A DNA stretch of 64,000 nucleotides from an uncultured Thermococci archaeon (GTDB lineage Archaea; Methanobacteriota_B; Thermococci; Methanofastidiosales; Methanofastidiosaceae), in the NCBI GenBank assembly GCA_964500005.1, contig CAZCMP010000002.1, positions 128,934 through 192,933 on the forward strand, given 5' to 3'. Each line of letters begins with the position of its first letter. Position 1 is the first letter of the stretch. The notes beneath the pieces are model-generated. The model did no database searches, had not been told where the DNA came from, and worked only from the letters and a program-made list of their open reading frames with translations. Of the stretch, positions 20,269-29,189 are shown piece by piece. A program made the translations under genes and the position numbers.

Positions 20269-23200
20269 TCAATCCAATAGTAGTTCATGACCACATGCCC
20301 AGATTATGATATTGCTCTCAAGATTTCTAGCCAAATCCCCATATACTTCATCTTGGTGGAAATTCTGTCCGTTTGGATTAGTATTATTCTTATATCTGTC
20401 CAAATCCATTGTGGTAACTACAACACTTCCCTCAAGATTATTAAAAGAATTTCTTCTTTCCTTAATTAGAAGAACTGGGCCTCCATTTGCTTGTGGTGCT
20501 AAAACTGCACCCCCCACAAGTTTTCTTGCAAGGCCGGGAGGAAGTGTTTCCGTGGGTGGGTCTCCCCTCTCCTGGTATATTTTTTGGAAAGTTTTTAAGT
20601 TAACCATAACGTTGTTTCCAGCCCAACCTGTGTCTATTAAATCAAAATATCCATGTGCACACATAGTAAATTCGTTTGGTAGTTTATTCATTATTGGATT
20701 TTCTAGGGACAATTTTTCTAAATTAAACATACGCCCAGATAAATCTAGATCCATGTTAACTGTCATCCAATCAGGAGGTAAGAAGGGAGGTCCCCCTCCA
20801 CGCCCTGGAGGCCAAGTTTGACCCGTTGATGCATCTGGATCAAATTTGAATACAGATGGAATCTTACCATGATCCCATTCGATCTTATTTCCATCTTCAT
20901 CGATGTAAAGAATTCCAGACCATTGCTCTGAGACTACAGTGTTTCCTTGTTTATATTTTGTCCACCCATAATAAGCTATAGGAACATTTCTATGGACATC
21001 ATTTGTCTGGCCGTAAATTTTATAGTTCAGCCCAACTGGTTCATTTGATACTCTGCCAATTGAGAGATCACTTCCATAAAATGTCGGTAGCCAAGAATAT
21101 TTTCCGTAATAATAGTTGTTTGCACCTAATGTATATTTATATTTTGAAGTTATTAAATAAGTATCTGCCCAAGAGTCCCAATCCCGATCATTTACTACGG
21201 TTACTATTACCGGATTATTAAGATCACCAGCATAGTCTGGAACTGTAAATGTAATTCTCTTATCACCTAGAGGATTATTGACTTTAAATCCATATGTAAA
21301 TAGATTTCCGTCTGTACACCCACCTGCAGAATATGTTACTGCAATGTCTGCTGGGCCTCCGGGAAGAGAATCTGCAGTTCTTACAAGCTTTGCAACGCCG
21401 CCAACTCCGTCAGGTACATATCTAATTTTTCCCAATTTTCCTATTGTAATATTTATTTCTTTGATTGCATCATAAGAATTTAGATTGTTTGAACACTGAA
21501 TTGCATCAAAGCTAAGGTAAACTAGTTCTCCTTCAGAAGCCCTATTGCTAGATAAAGATAAGTTTTGTATTACTGGTGACTGTGAAGTAGTGATATAGTA
21601 CCATGTCCTAGAAGATTTATTCCCAATTTTATCCGACGCTTCAACTGAAACATTAATCTTATTCGTATTCTCCCATGGCCATGATGGTTTGTAAATTACT
21701 TCATATCCATTCGCTACTTGTGTTATATAGAGGCTATCCGTTACTTCCATATTTATAACACTTGAATTAGAGTAAGATTGACCTAAGATAAACATCCTGA
21801 TTGAATTTCTATCCACCCCGGCGTTTACATCTGTTATAGTAACTCTTATAGGGGCGGTAGGTAGTGCTGTTGCGTTATTAGCAGGTATTTCCCCTGTAAA
21901 AGTAGGGCCATAATTCTTAACGCGTATTATTTTATCATAAACTGGTGAAGACCCTACATTTCCTGCAAGATCGGTCATTGTTATCTGAACATCGTAAAGT
22001 CCATTTGGAACATTTGGTATATCTAATACACCAATTATTGTATGTGTACCGCCAGCACTAACATTGTTCATATTAGGTGTATTGATGACAGTTGTAGTTT
22101 GTCCCACTAATGTTGAACTATCATCATACAGCTTAATTGTGTAGGAAGCGGGATATAGTTCAGTATATGTAAAAGTTATGTACGCTTTATCTCCGGTCTT
22201 TGCATTTTGTGGAGTGCCAGGTATAGGGTCACTAATAGTAATGGTATTTGGAGGCACTGTATCGTATACTACCCATTTAGTTGTTATAGCATCATATGGA
22301 GAAGTATCACCATCAGCTTTAATCCTTATTATGTTAACTCCAGCGCTTAAATTTACTCCAAAATTAATATTGGGGCCTGAATTAGAACCTATTGGAGAAG
22401 CATTAATGTCAAGTGTAACATTTCCATTTGTTGAAGTTGTTCCAGATATATTAATCGGAGAGCTATTTGTAAAAGTCAAAAATGCCTGAGGTTGAGTTAT
22501 AGTCACAGTTGGTCCTTGAGAGTTAATATTGAAACTCCAAGGATATACTAAGAAATTACCCAAATCATCCTCAACATATACAGATGCTACATGAGTTCCT
22601 TCAAATTGATTTATTCCTGGGGCGTATGAAACAGAACTACTTCCAGAACCTCCTGTAACCCCAGTAAATACTCCATCTAAATAAAGTCTAGACCATTGTA
22701 TCCCCGCCCCAACATCATTATAATCGATACTAATCTGGGGGGGATTATCACTTATTGTTCCTTGAGGAGAAGGATTTGAAGTTAGAGGTGAAGATGTATC
22801 TTTTAATATTGTTATGGTCTGAGTTAATGAATTTTGAGCTCTGTCATATGTAAGTATGGAATAATCAACATTTCCTTCAGAAAGCGGTAAATAATGATAA
22901 TATGTATGTATGTCGCCCCATAGTGGATTACCTTGATGCTGTAAATTTAGAGTTCCATAAGTCGATCTTTGAATCCCACTCAATCCATCTTGAACTGAAG
23001 AATTTATTCGTGTATATGGGCTAGTTGTTACCAAGAATAAGCTAGAATTTATAGGAGACATGGGAGGGGCTAGAGAATCTTTTCTAATTTCTATCTCAAA
23101 CTGTAAAGGATCGTAAGGACTAACAGGATTGAGAAAAGTTGAGCGTTCTAAATAATTTGCAGAATCATCAGTTGCTTTTACGGAAACTTGGTAAATCCCA

Positions 23201-25173
23201 TCAATAAATGTATCGCCTATGGTCCACTGCCCGGTGTATGTGCCATCGCTAGCCAATCTATCTTTGCCCAAACCATTATCATAAATTATTGTTCCTCCTT
23301 GAATAACTCCGCTCTGTAAAACGTTAATGCCTACGTAGTTAACATTGCTTGCATCTTTTACATATGCATAAAATACTGCTTTCCCTCCTGAATCATTAAT
23401 CCAAATTACGGGATGAGGAAATTCAGAAGGGTTCTGGCCGTCTTGCCCATCTGGAACAATGTTAACGTTTTGTATTCTTGGTGGATCAACGTCATTAAAT
23501 AAAGAGGGATAAGGTAAGTACAATGGATTGTTTAAATCATCAGGATCAATATTATCAAATTCAGAGAACTGCCCAAAAACTATAAGGCTACGGGCATAAT
23601 CAACACCTTTGAATTTGAATCTCCCTAATGAAACAAAATTAGAAAGTGAAGTCCTATGTATATCCTTATTTAATTTTTCCAAAACTTTATTATCATTTGT
23701 AGCCCCGGAAGCAACTATTACCAAAGAAAAATCTTCATAATTCAGTACATTTGGATTTCCTCCAATTCCGGCAAGATCTTTAAACATTAGGTAATCTCCA
23801 TAATCTGTAGGGGATTTAGTAAAAGATGGATCTAAAAGCCACTCTAATGGGTATATTCTAAGGCCTTGCGGAGGATCGCTTCCGGGATAATTAAACCAAT
23901 TGCCACCACCTGTTCCTATTCCTTCGCCGCTAGAAGAATCTGTTCCGCCGTAAACAACAAAATAATTGGATTGGTATGTGCCTCCAACTGTATTATCAAA
24001 TGCATCCATTACATCAAACAAAAGATTATCATAATCACTATCATTGACATTAATTCCCTCTCCAAGGGTATCGTCTAACAAAACAATTGCAATAGGCACA
24101 TTCTCAATAATATCTTGTTTTGTTAATTTATACAAAGGTATATTAAAAAATCCGGGGCACTCACAAATTATAGGAGAGGTGTCACAAACACCGCCTTCAT
24201 TAAAGAATGCTTCTGCTGAGTTCCAAAAATCATTGTCGCATTTTCCTGTACTACTATTCATGTTTACTTTCCATGTGCCAAGATTTTTATTAAAATCCTT
24301 ATGGTATATATCAGTTTTAGCATAAATAGTTGATGAGCCATCATTTTCTTTCATTGCGTAAGAAGGTAAGGAAACCTGGACATATAATTCCAGATCTAAA
24401 ACACCATCTGATTTTGGGATTTTTACCGCATACCTTCCTTGGGAGTTAGTTTTTGTTACTGCAACAATTTCAGATTTTTTGTTAATGAAGGTAATCTCTG
24501 CCCCTGCAAGAGGTGCGTCATCAATTGCATCGAATATTTTATCATTTTGTGGGGAGTTGTCCATTGAAGGCTGGTTCTCATCTTTAAGCCCATCATTATT
24601 GCCTCCTTCAGTATTATCATAAACGTACCCCTGTAATGTCCAACTATCTCCTGTAATTGGAATATCGGGTGATAACCCCAAAAGGACGTCATTTGACCCC
24701 TTGTTTTGGATATAAATTCTATATTTGCCCGCACTCAAAAGCTGAAATCCAGATAAAATTTCTATTTCCCCGCCATACTGAAGCTTAATATTAACTGCAC
24801 TTCCACTAAAATAGGTATCCATACCCATCTGTTGGGATACAGATTGTACATTTGGTGCGTCCATTAAGAACCAAATTATGTCTTGATTCTGATCCGCACT
24901 AATAGTACCCTTATCAAAATTAATATCAATGTAACGTTGTGCGCCTTCCCCTTCAAACCTAACTTCTCTAATCTTTTTATCAAGTTCTAAAAAAGCACTC
25001 TGCATTGAATTAATTCTTGAAACGTCTCTTGACCTTTCAATCTGGGGTGCTGCAAATTGGTATGCAGCAAAAACAGCCGCAACTGTAATTGCGAGAATTA
25101 GCATTACTGTAATTACTTCTACTTGGGCCTTTTTTGATACTTGCCCTCTTTTTCTTATTATCCTAAAACTCAT
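20269..25173 (-). CDS. giant (1634 aa) surface protein with class III-like signal peptide, CarboxypepD_reg-like and Ig-like beta-sandwich regions
   Basis: N-terminus MSFRIIRKRG|QVSKKA|QVEVITVMLILAITVAAVFAAY. Segment LAGAEITFINKKSEIVAVTKTNSQGRYAVKIP resembles a carboxypeptidase-regulatory/transthyretin-like domain. Long Thr/Ser/Asn/Gly-rich repeats. Confidence 0.55.
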   Translation of the reverse strand: MSFRIIRKRGQVSKKAQVEVITVMLILAITVAAVFAAYQFAAPQIERSRDVSRINSMQSAFLELDKKIREVRFEGEGAQRYIDINFDKGTISADQNQDIIWFLMDAPNVQSVSQQMGMDTYFSGSAVNIKLQYGGEIEILSGFQLLSAGKYRIYIQNKGSNDVLLGLSPDIPITGDSWTLQGYVYDNTEGGNNDGLKDENQPSMDNSPQNDKIFDAIDDAPLAGAEITFINKKSEIVAVTKTNSQGRYAVKIPKSDGVLDLELYVQVSLPSYAMKENDGSSTIYAKTDIYHKDFNKNLGTWKVNMNSSTGKCDNDFWNSAEAFFNEGGVCDTSPIICECPGFFNIPLYKLTKQDIIENVPIAIVLLDDTLGEGINVNDSDYDNLLFDVMDAFDNTVGGTYQSNYFVVYGGTDSSSGEGIGTGGGNWFNYPGSDPPQGLRIYPLEWLLDPSFTKSPTDYGDYLMFKDLAGIGGNPNVLNYEDFSLVIVASGATNDNKVLEKLNKDIHRTSLSNFVSLGRFKFKGVDYARSLIVFGQFSEFDNIDPDDLNNPLYLPYPSLFNDVDPPRIQNVNIVPDGQDGQNPSEFPHPVIWINDSGGKAVFYAYVKDASNVNYVGINVLQSGVIQGGTIIYDNGLGKDRLASDGTYTGQWTIGDTFIDGIYQVSVKATDDSANYLERSTFLNPVSPYDPLQFEIEIRKDSLAPPMSPINSSLFLVTTSPYTRINSSVQDGLSGIQRSTYGTLNLQHQGNPLWGDIHTYYHYLPLSEGNVDYSILTYDRAQNSLTQTITILKDTSSPLTSNPSPQGTISDNPPQISIDYNDVGAGIQWSRLYLDGVFTGVTGGSGSSSVSYAPGINQFEGTHVASVYVEDDLGNFLVYPWSFNINSQGPTVTITQPQAFLTFTNSSPINISGTTSTNGNVTLDINASPIGSNSGPNINFGVNLSAGVNIIRIKADGDTSPYDAITTKWVVYDTVPPNTITISDPIPGTPQNAKTGDKAYITFTYTELYPASYTIKLYDDSSTLVGQTTTVINTPNMNNVSAGGTHTIIGVLDIPNVPNGLYDVQITMTDLAGNVGSSPVYDKIIRVKNYGPTFTGEIPANNATALPTAPIRVTITDVNAGVDRNSIRMFILGQSYSNSSVINMEVTDSLYITQVANGYEVIYKPSWPWENTNKINVSVEASDKIGNKSSRTWYYITTSQSPVIQNLSLSSNRASEGELVYLSFDAIQCSNNLNSYDAIKEINITIGKLGKIRYVPDGVGGVAKLVRTADSLPGGPADIAVTYSAGGCTDGNLFTYGFKVNNPLGDKRITFTVPDYAGDLNNPVIVTVVNDRDWDSWADTYLITSKYKYTLGANNYYYGKYSWLPTFYGSDLSIGRVSNEPVGLNYKIYGQTNDVHRNVPIAYYGWTKYKQGNTVVSEQWSGILYIDEDGNKIEWDHGKIPSVFKFDPDASTGQTWPPGRGGGPPFLPPDWMTVNMDLDLSGRMFNLEKLSLENPIMNKLPNEFTMCAHGYFDLIDTGWAGNNVMVNLKTFQKIYQERGDPPTETLPPGLARKLVGGAVLAPQANGGPVLLIKERRNSFNNLEGSVVVTTMDLDRYKNNTNPNGQNFHQDEVYGDLARNLESNIIIWACGHELLLD

Positions 25174-25251
25174 AGGATTACCTTGAGTATATAATAAAAA
25201 ATAATAAAGATTATTTAATGTTTATCCTATGTTTTGCGAATACCTCAAAGA

Positions 25252-26472
25252 TTAGATCACTATCTTCTTTCTCGAAAACTCTGTTCCCATAACTATGGCA
25301 AGGGCTGAAGAGAATATAAGTATCAATGAAAGCGCTAGGTCGAGGAATACCCCAGGATCAGGTAAAGAAATCCCTAAAGGTCCTTTGAACACAAGGAATA
25401 GTATGCCTGAAATAATCCACAATGCACCGATAACATAGAGCACAGCGTTATCGCTTCCCTTAGAACCAGATTGTGTTCTTGCCTTCATTGCAAAGAGTAT
25501 TGGCGGTATACCTGTAATCATCATTACTATGTAGAAAACAACTCCCATAAATCCAGTTCTCAGAACGTTAAATATTGAAGATATTGGATTGTTTGCAGTA
25601 AATATCCCCATACCATTGAACAAAAAGAATATCGCAAATATGAGCCATATGAATCCTAAGAGATAAAGTGTTATTGGTGCAAAGATAGAACCAGAAGCTT
25701 TTGTTTTTGTTTCGCCTTTGAGATCTTTCATAAGCTCTTTGGTATCGATTCCAAGCTCTTCTGCCTCTCGTAAAATCTCATCCAATGACGGCTCCTCGTT
25801 AATTAATTCAGTCCCCATCCCAGAATCTATTCTCTTTTTTGAGAAAATTGTTTCAATCCTTTCTTCTGGAAGAACTTGATTTACTTTTTTTAGGAATTCA
25901 CTTTCAGAAAAATCTTCAAGTGCATCGTCTATTACCTTTTCATGTTTTTCCGTAATTGAAGGTTCTGCTTTCTCTTCAGAAATTTGTTTTTTAATGTCTT
26001 CAGCTATTTTTCTTTCGAATTTCTCTTCAAGTTCGTACTGTGACTTTCTTGGTAATTCTTGTTTCGTTGCAAAACTCTGCCCCATTGTCTTAAAAGTTTT
26101 CTCCATCTCCTGAAGTTTTTCTGTGTTCATTTTGATTGATTCAGCTACACGTTCCATAGTTGTGGCAACGTTTGATAGAGATTCCATCAATTTGTCCTCT
26201 TCGTTTTCTGCGTCTTCAGAACTCATGCTTGATTCTAATAGGTTAATCAGTTTCTCTAGTCTTCCAACAAGGGGATCTTCATAAGCCCCGCCCTCTTCGA
26301 CTGCGGCAGCGCTTAATATTTCTTTTATCTCATCGAGCTTCGTGACGATTTCCTTTGATTCTAGTGGAACACCGCTGTATCCCATTCGAGGCATGATCTG
26401 CATGAAAGTATCAAGCTGTTGCTTTAGCTTTACATACTCCATCTTGAGGTCATCATAATCATTGCCAACCAT
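25252..26472 (-). CDS. membrane protein: ~235-aa acidic coiled-coil cytoplasmic region followed by ~5 TM helices
   Basis: Glu/Lys-rich heptad-like N-terminal region and hydrophobic C-terminal third. It is the first gene upstream of the pilus-like operon (78-nt gap). Confidence 0.45.
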   Translation of the reverse strand: MVGNDYDDLKMEYVKLKQQLDTFMQIMPRMGYSGVPLESKEIVTKLDEIKEILSAAAVEEGGAYEDPLVGRLEKLINLLESSMSSEDAENEEDKLMESLSNVATTMERVAESIKMNTEKLQEMEKTFKTMGQSFATKQELPRKSQYELEEKFERKIAEDIKKQISEEKAEPSITEKHEKVIDDALEDFSESEFLKKVNQVLPEERIETIFSKKRIDSGMGTELINEEPSLDEILREAEELGIDTKELMKDLKGETKTKASGSIFAPITLYLLGFIWLIFAIFFLFNGMGIFTANNPISSIFNVLRTGFMGVVFYIVMMITGIPPILFAMKARTQSGSKGSDNAVLYVIGALWIISGILFLVFKGPLGISLPDPGVFLDLALSLILIFSSALAIVMGTEFSRKKIVI

Positions 26473-26628
26473 TCTATCATCTCATTAATGCTAATGTATG
26501 TTATAACTTATAAATTTAACTATTTAAAGTTTTTCTATAAAAAAATGTAAAATTATAAATATTGCTTACCGATTTTCAGTATTAAGTAGTAGTTACCTTT
26601 TTATTGGATTTCTAGTTAATAATTTTGA

Positions 26629-28218
26629 ATGAAGGAAAACATACACCAAATCCTTGAAAAAGGTGAGAGAAGAAACATAGAGTTTAAGTCGGCTTTATGT
26701 GAAGAACACCTGCTAAAGGATAGAAGAGAACGATTATCCTCTCAGATGAAGTACAGATTAAAAACTGGAGGGGGAAAGGCTTACTATATAATAGGTGTAT
26801 CAGACGATGGTGACGTAGTTTGCCAATCAAATGAAGAGTTTGAAAAAACGATTGATGTGATAAAACAACTTGCAGAAGGGATTGGTGCTAAAATAGTTGA
26901 TGTAGAAAGATACAATGAAAATGGGTTTTTTGGAAGAATTAGAATTGAAGAAGTAAATTCTGAAAAAGGTGTTAAGGAACACATCACCATCGGGACTATA
27001 GGGCATGTAGACCATGGAAAATCAACACTTATAGGAACTCTACTTACGGGAACGGAAGATGATGGTGTTGGTAAAACTAGAATATTCCTAGATTTTCTTC
27101 CCCACGAAATTGAGAGGGGATTAACAGCTGAGATTACTCATGCCGTGTTCGGATTTAAAGATGATCAAAGAATATACCTTAAAAATCCACTTAACAAAAA
27201 AGAAGTTGCCGATTTGATTGATAGGTCGACAAAGATTGTTTCTTTCGTTGATTGCCCCGGCCATGCGCCTTGGCTTAGAACTACAGTAAGGGGGATACTT
27301 GGTCAGAGGGTTGATTATGTTCTTTTGATAGTTGCTGCAGACGACGGGGTGACCCCCATAACAAAGGAGCACCTTGGAATAGCACTTGCAATGGATATTC
27401 CTCTGATTATCGTTGTAACAAAAATAGACAAAGTTTCCTACGAAGATACAAAACAAGTTATATCTGAAGTTTCAACCCTTTTGAGAAGAGTAGGAAAAGT
27501 TCCCCTCAATGTCAAGGACAAAGAAACAGCACAGAATATCTCAAAGAAGGTGTCTGAAAGGTTCTTAATTCCAATAATAAAGGCTTCCTCAATAACACTA
27601 GAAGGTCTTGATATTCTAAATGAGCTTTTTTTGCAATTGCCTGAAAAAACAAGCGAAGAACTCTACAAAAAATCATTTTTAATGTATATAGATAAAGTCT
27701 ACAAAGTTAGGGGAGCTGGAACAGTTGTAACTGGCCGAGTTAAACAGGGTATTGTAAAAAAGGGGCAAGAGCTACTTTTAGGTCCAATAAATGATGTGTA
27801 TGAGACTGTTTCTTGCCAGTCAATTAAACAACACCATCTAATTCAGACTAAAGGTGAAGTTGGTGACATTCTTGGTATAGCAATAAAGGGTGTAGATGCA
27901 GACCTTATAAGAAGAGGGATGGTAATAAAAGATGAAAATGGTGAAAGAAAATCTGTAAGGGAATTCCTAGCAGAAGTCTTCATATTAAATCATCCAACAA
28001 GAATAAAGGAAGGTTATGAGCCAATAATACATCTTGAAACAGTGTCAGAAACTGTCACTTTTGAAAAGATCTATACACAAGAGTACTTGTCTACAGGAGA
28101 TCGGGCTTTGGTAAAAATGAAATTTAAATATAATAGCTATTATCTAAGCGAAGGGGACAAGTTCATTTTCAGGGAAGCTAAATCAAAAGGAATAGGTGGA
28201 ATAAAAAAAATATTATGA
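26629..28218 (+). CDS. EF-Tu/EF-1alpha-superfamily translational-type GTPase paralog, likely GTPBP1-like, with ~110-aa N-terminal extension
   Basis: G1 GHVDHGKSTL, G3 DCPGH, G4 TKID, plus beta-barrel domains II/III. N-terminal region has an ...RRNIEFKSAL... motif reminiscent of AlbA_2/Schlafen-like DNA/RNA-binding domains. Confidence 0.55.
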   Translation: MKENIHQILEKGERRNIEFKSALCEEHLLKDRRERLSSQMKYRLKTGGGKAYYIIGVSDDGDVVCQSNEEFEKTIDVIKQLAEGIGAKIVDVERYNENGFFGRIRIEEVNSEKGVKEHITIGTIGHVDHGKSTLIGTLLTGTEDDGVGKTRIFLDFLPHEIERGLTAEITHAVFGFKDDQRIYLKNPLNKKEVADLIDRSTKIVSFVDCPGHAPWLRTTVRGILGQRVDYVLLIVAADDGVTPITKEHLGIALAMDIPLIIVVTKIDKVSYEDTKQVISEVSTLLRRVGKVPLNVKDKETAQNISKKVSERFLIPIIKASSITLEGLDILNELFLQLPEKTSEELYKKSFLMYIDKVYKVRGAGTVVTGRVKQGIVKKGQELLLGPINDVYETVSCQSIKQHHLIQTKGEVGDILGIAIKGVDADLIRRGMVIKDENGERKSVREFLAEVFILNHPTRIKEGYEPIIHLETVSETVTFEKIYTQEYLSTGDRALVKMKFKYNSYYLSEGDKFIFREAKSKGIGGIKKIL

Positions 28219-28650
28219 TTCAACTTCTATGAATGTTTTAATTATTACCTCTGTTGAAATCGAGTTTCCAATGAAACATCTTTCATTTGCAAGTTTTATA
28301 GCTTCTTCTGCCCTCGGAACGTCCTCCTTTGTGGCAACTGTTACATATACATTTATTAGGATTTTACTAAAGATAAATCCATTAGGCGATCTTTCTAAAA
28401 ATCCTTTTGCATCGCTTTTAAAGCTCTTAAAGTTACAGTTTACAAGTTTTGACCTTGAAAGAAATGTTGTAAAGATACAGACATTTTCCGCAGCAACATA
28501 GAGATCTTCTGGCGTTATAATCCCTTCATGTCCTTTAAACTCAGGAGGTGTAGCAACTTCAATTGTTGGCTTTCCTTCCCATGTCAAATCTCCAATCTTT
28601 TCCTTTTTCCAAGTGACAGTGTTTTCATATGTAAAAAAATCTTCTGGCAT
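28213..28650 (-). CDS. OsmC/Ohr-family peroxiredoxin-like protein
   Basis: ~145 aa with two conserved Cys (…AAENVCIF… and …ERCFIGNS…) in OsmC-like spacing. Confidence 0.5.
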   Translation of the reverse strand: MPEDFFTYENTVTWKKEKIGDLTWEGKPTIEVATPPEFKGHEGIITPEDLYVAAENVCIFTTFLSRSKLVNCNFKSFKSDAKGFLERSPNGFIFSKILINVYVTVATKEDVPRAEEAIKLANERCFIGNSISTEVIIKTFIEVES

Positions 28651-28731
28651 TAAATCACCAATTATTTTTGATATTTATTCATTATAAAAGTTGTGGTTTA
28701 AGAAAAGATGGAAAAAAATTTTATAAAAAAA

Positions 28732-29010
28732 TTAACCGACTAGTCTTCTAACGTCAGTTACCTCTACCTGGGTAACATTCTCAATATTTGAGAGATTGTT
28801 TTCAAGTTCATCAGTTCCGCCAGCTTGATCCTTCCCTAGTAACATGACCTTCAAAGATACAAGCCCAAAAGCGACCGGTATTTCTTCAATTTTATGAAGC
28901 TTCATGTTAGAAGGTACTGCAGACTCAATTGCTTTTTTCATTACACCAATATCAACATCAGGGGAATCTGGCATAATCATTGCAGTTATACTTAAATTAA
29001 AATCAGCCAT
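28732..29010 (-). CDS. translation elongation factor aEF-1 beta
   Basis: MADFNLSITAMIMPDSPDVD…IEEIPVAFGLVSLKVMLLGKDQAGGTDELENNLSNIENVTQVEVTDVRRL matches archaeal EF-1beta. Track ORF starts at an upstream GTG, but the ATG at 29010 has an SD-like AGGTGGTG 5 nt upstream. Confidence 0.8.
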   Translation of the reverse strand: MADFNLSITAMIMPDSPDVDIGVMKKAIESAVPSNMKLHKIEEIPVAFGLVSLKVMLLGKDQAGGTDELENNLSNIENVTQVEVTDVRRLVG

Positions 29011-29023
29011 TAAAACACCACCT

Positions 29024-29179
29024 TTATGGTCCAACAAATTCTCCACATTTGCACTGATACTTATTTACAAGTACCCTACATCTTTCGCATCTTATTATAA
29101 TCTCATCACAAGAAGGGCAGGGAAATTGAACGGCCTGCTCATTTGAGTTAATCTCTCTCTTACATGATGTACATTTCAT
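29024..29179 (-). CDS. small Zn-ribbon protein (51 aa) of the type found upstream of archaeal ef1b (COG2888-like), not in the ORF track
   Basis: Hand translation: [51 protein letters not shown], four CxxC pairs, GGAGGA 5 nt upstream of the ATG. Confidence 0.55.
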   Translation of the reverse strand: MKCTSCKREINSNEQAVQFPCPSCDEIIIRCERCRVLVNKYQCKCGEFVGP

Positions 29180-29189
29180 GATAATCCTC

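Noticed and set aside
20287-24325. Multiple plus-strand ORFs (60-171 aa) inside the 1634-aa minus-strand gene
   Set aside because: Same reasoning: antisense artefacts within a 4.9-kb coding region; Pro/Gly-rich nonsense translations.
15805-25173. Interpretation of the two giant proteins as ordinary S-layer proteins
   Set aside because: Not fully excluded, but they are embedded between pilin-like genes and a dedicated FlaI/TadA ATPase with platform proteins, and share the K/R-G/S-Q plus hydrophobic N-terminal design. The pilus-associated interpretation is preferred and the S-layer alternative is stated in the finding.
28732-29046. ORF-track start of the EF-1beta gene (GTG at 29046, giving [16 protein letters not shown]…)
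   Set aside because: The upstream 12 codons are not part of conserved EF-1beta and overlap the Zn-ribbon gene's 3' end. The ATG at 29010 has a good SD, so the shorter form was annotated.
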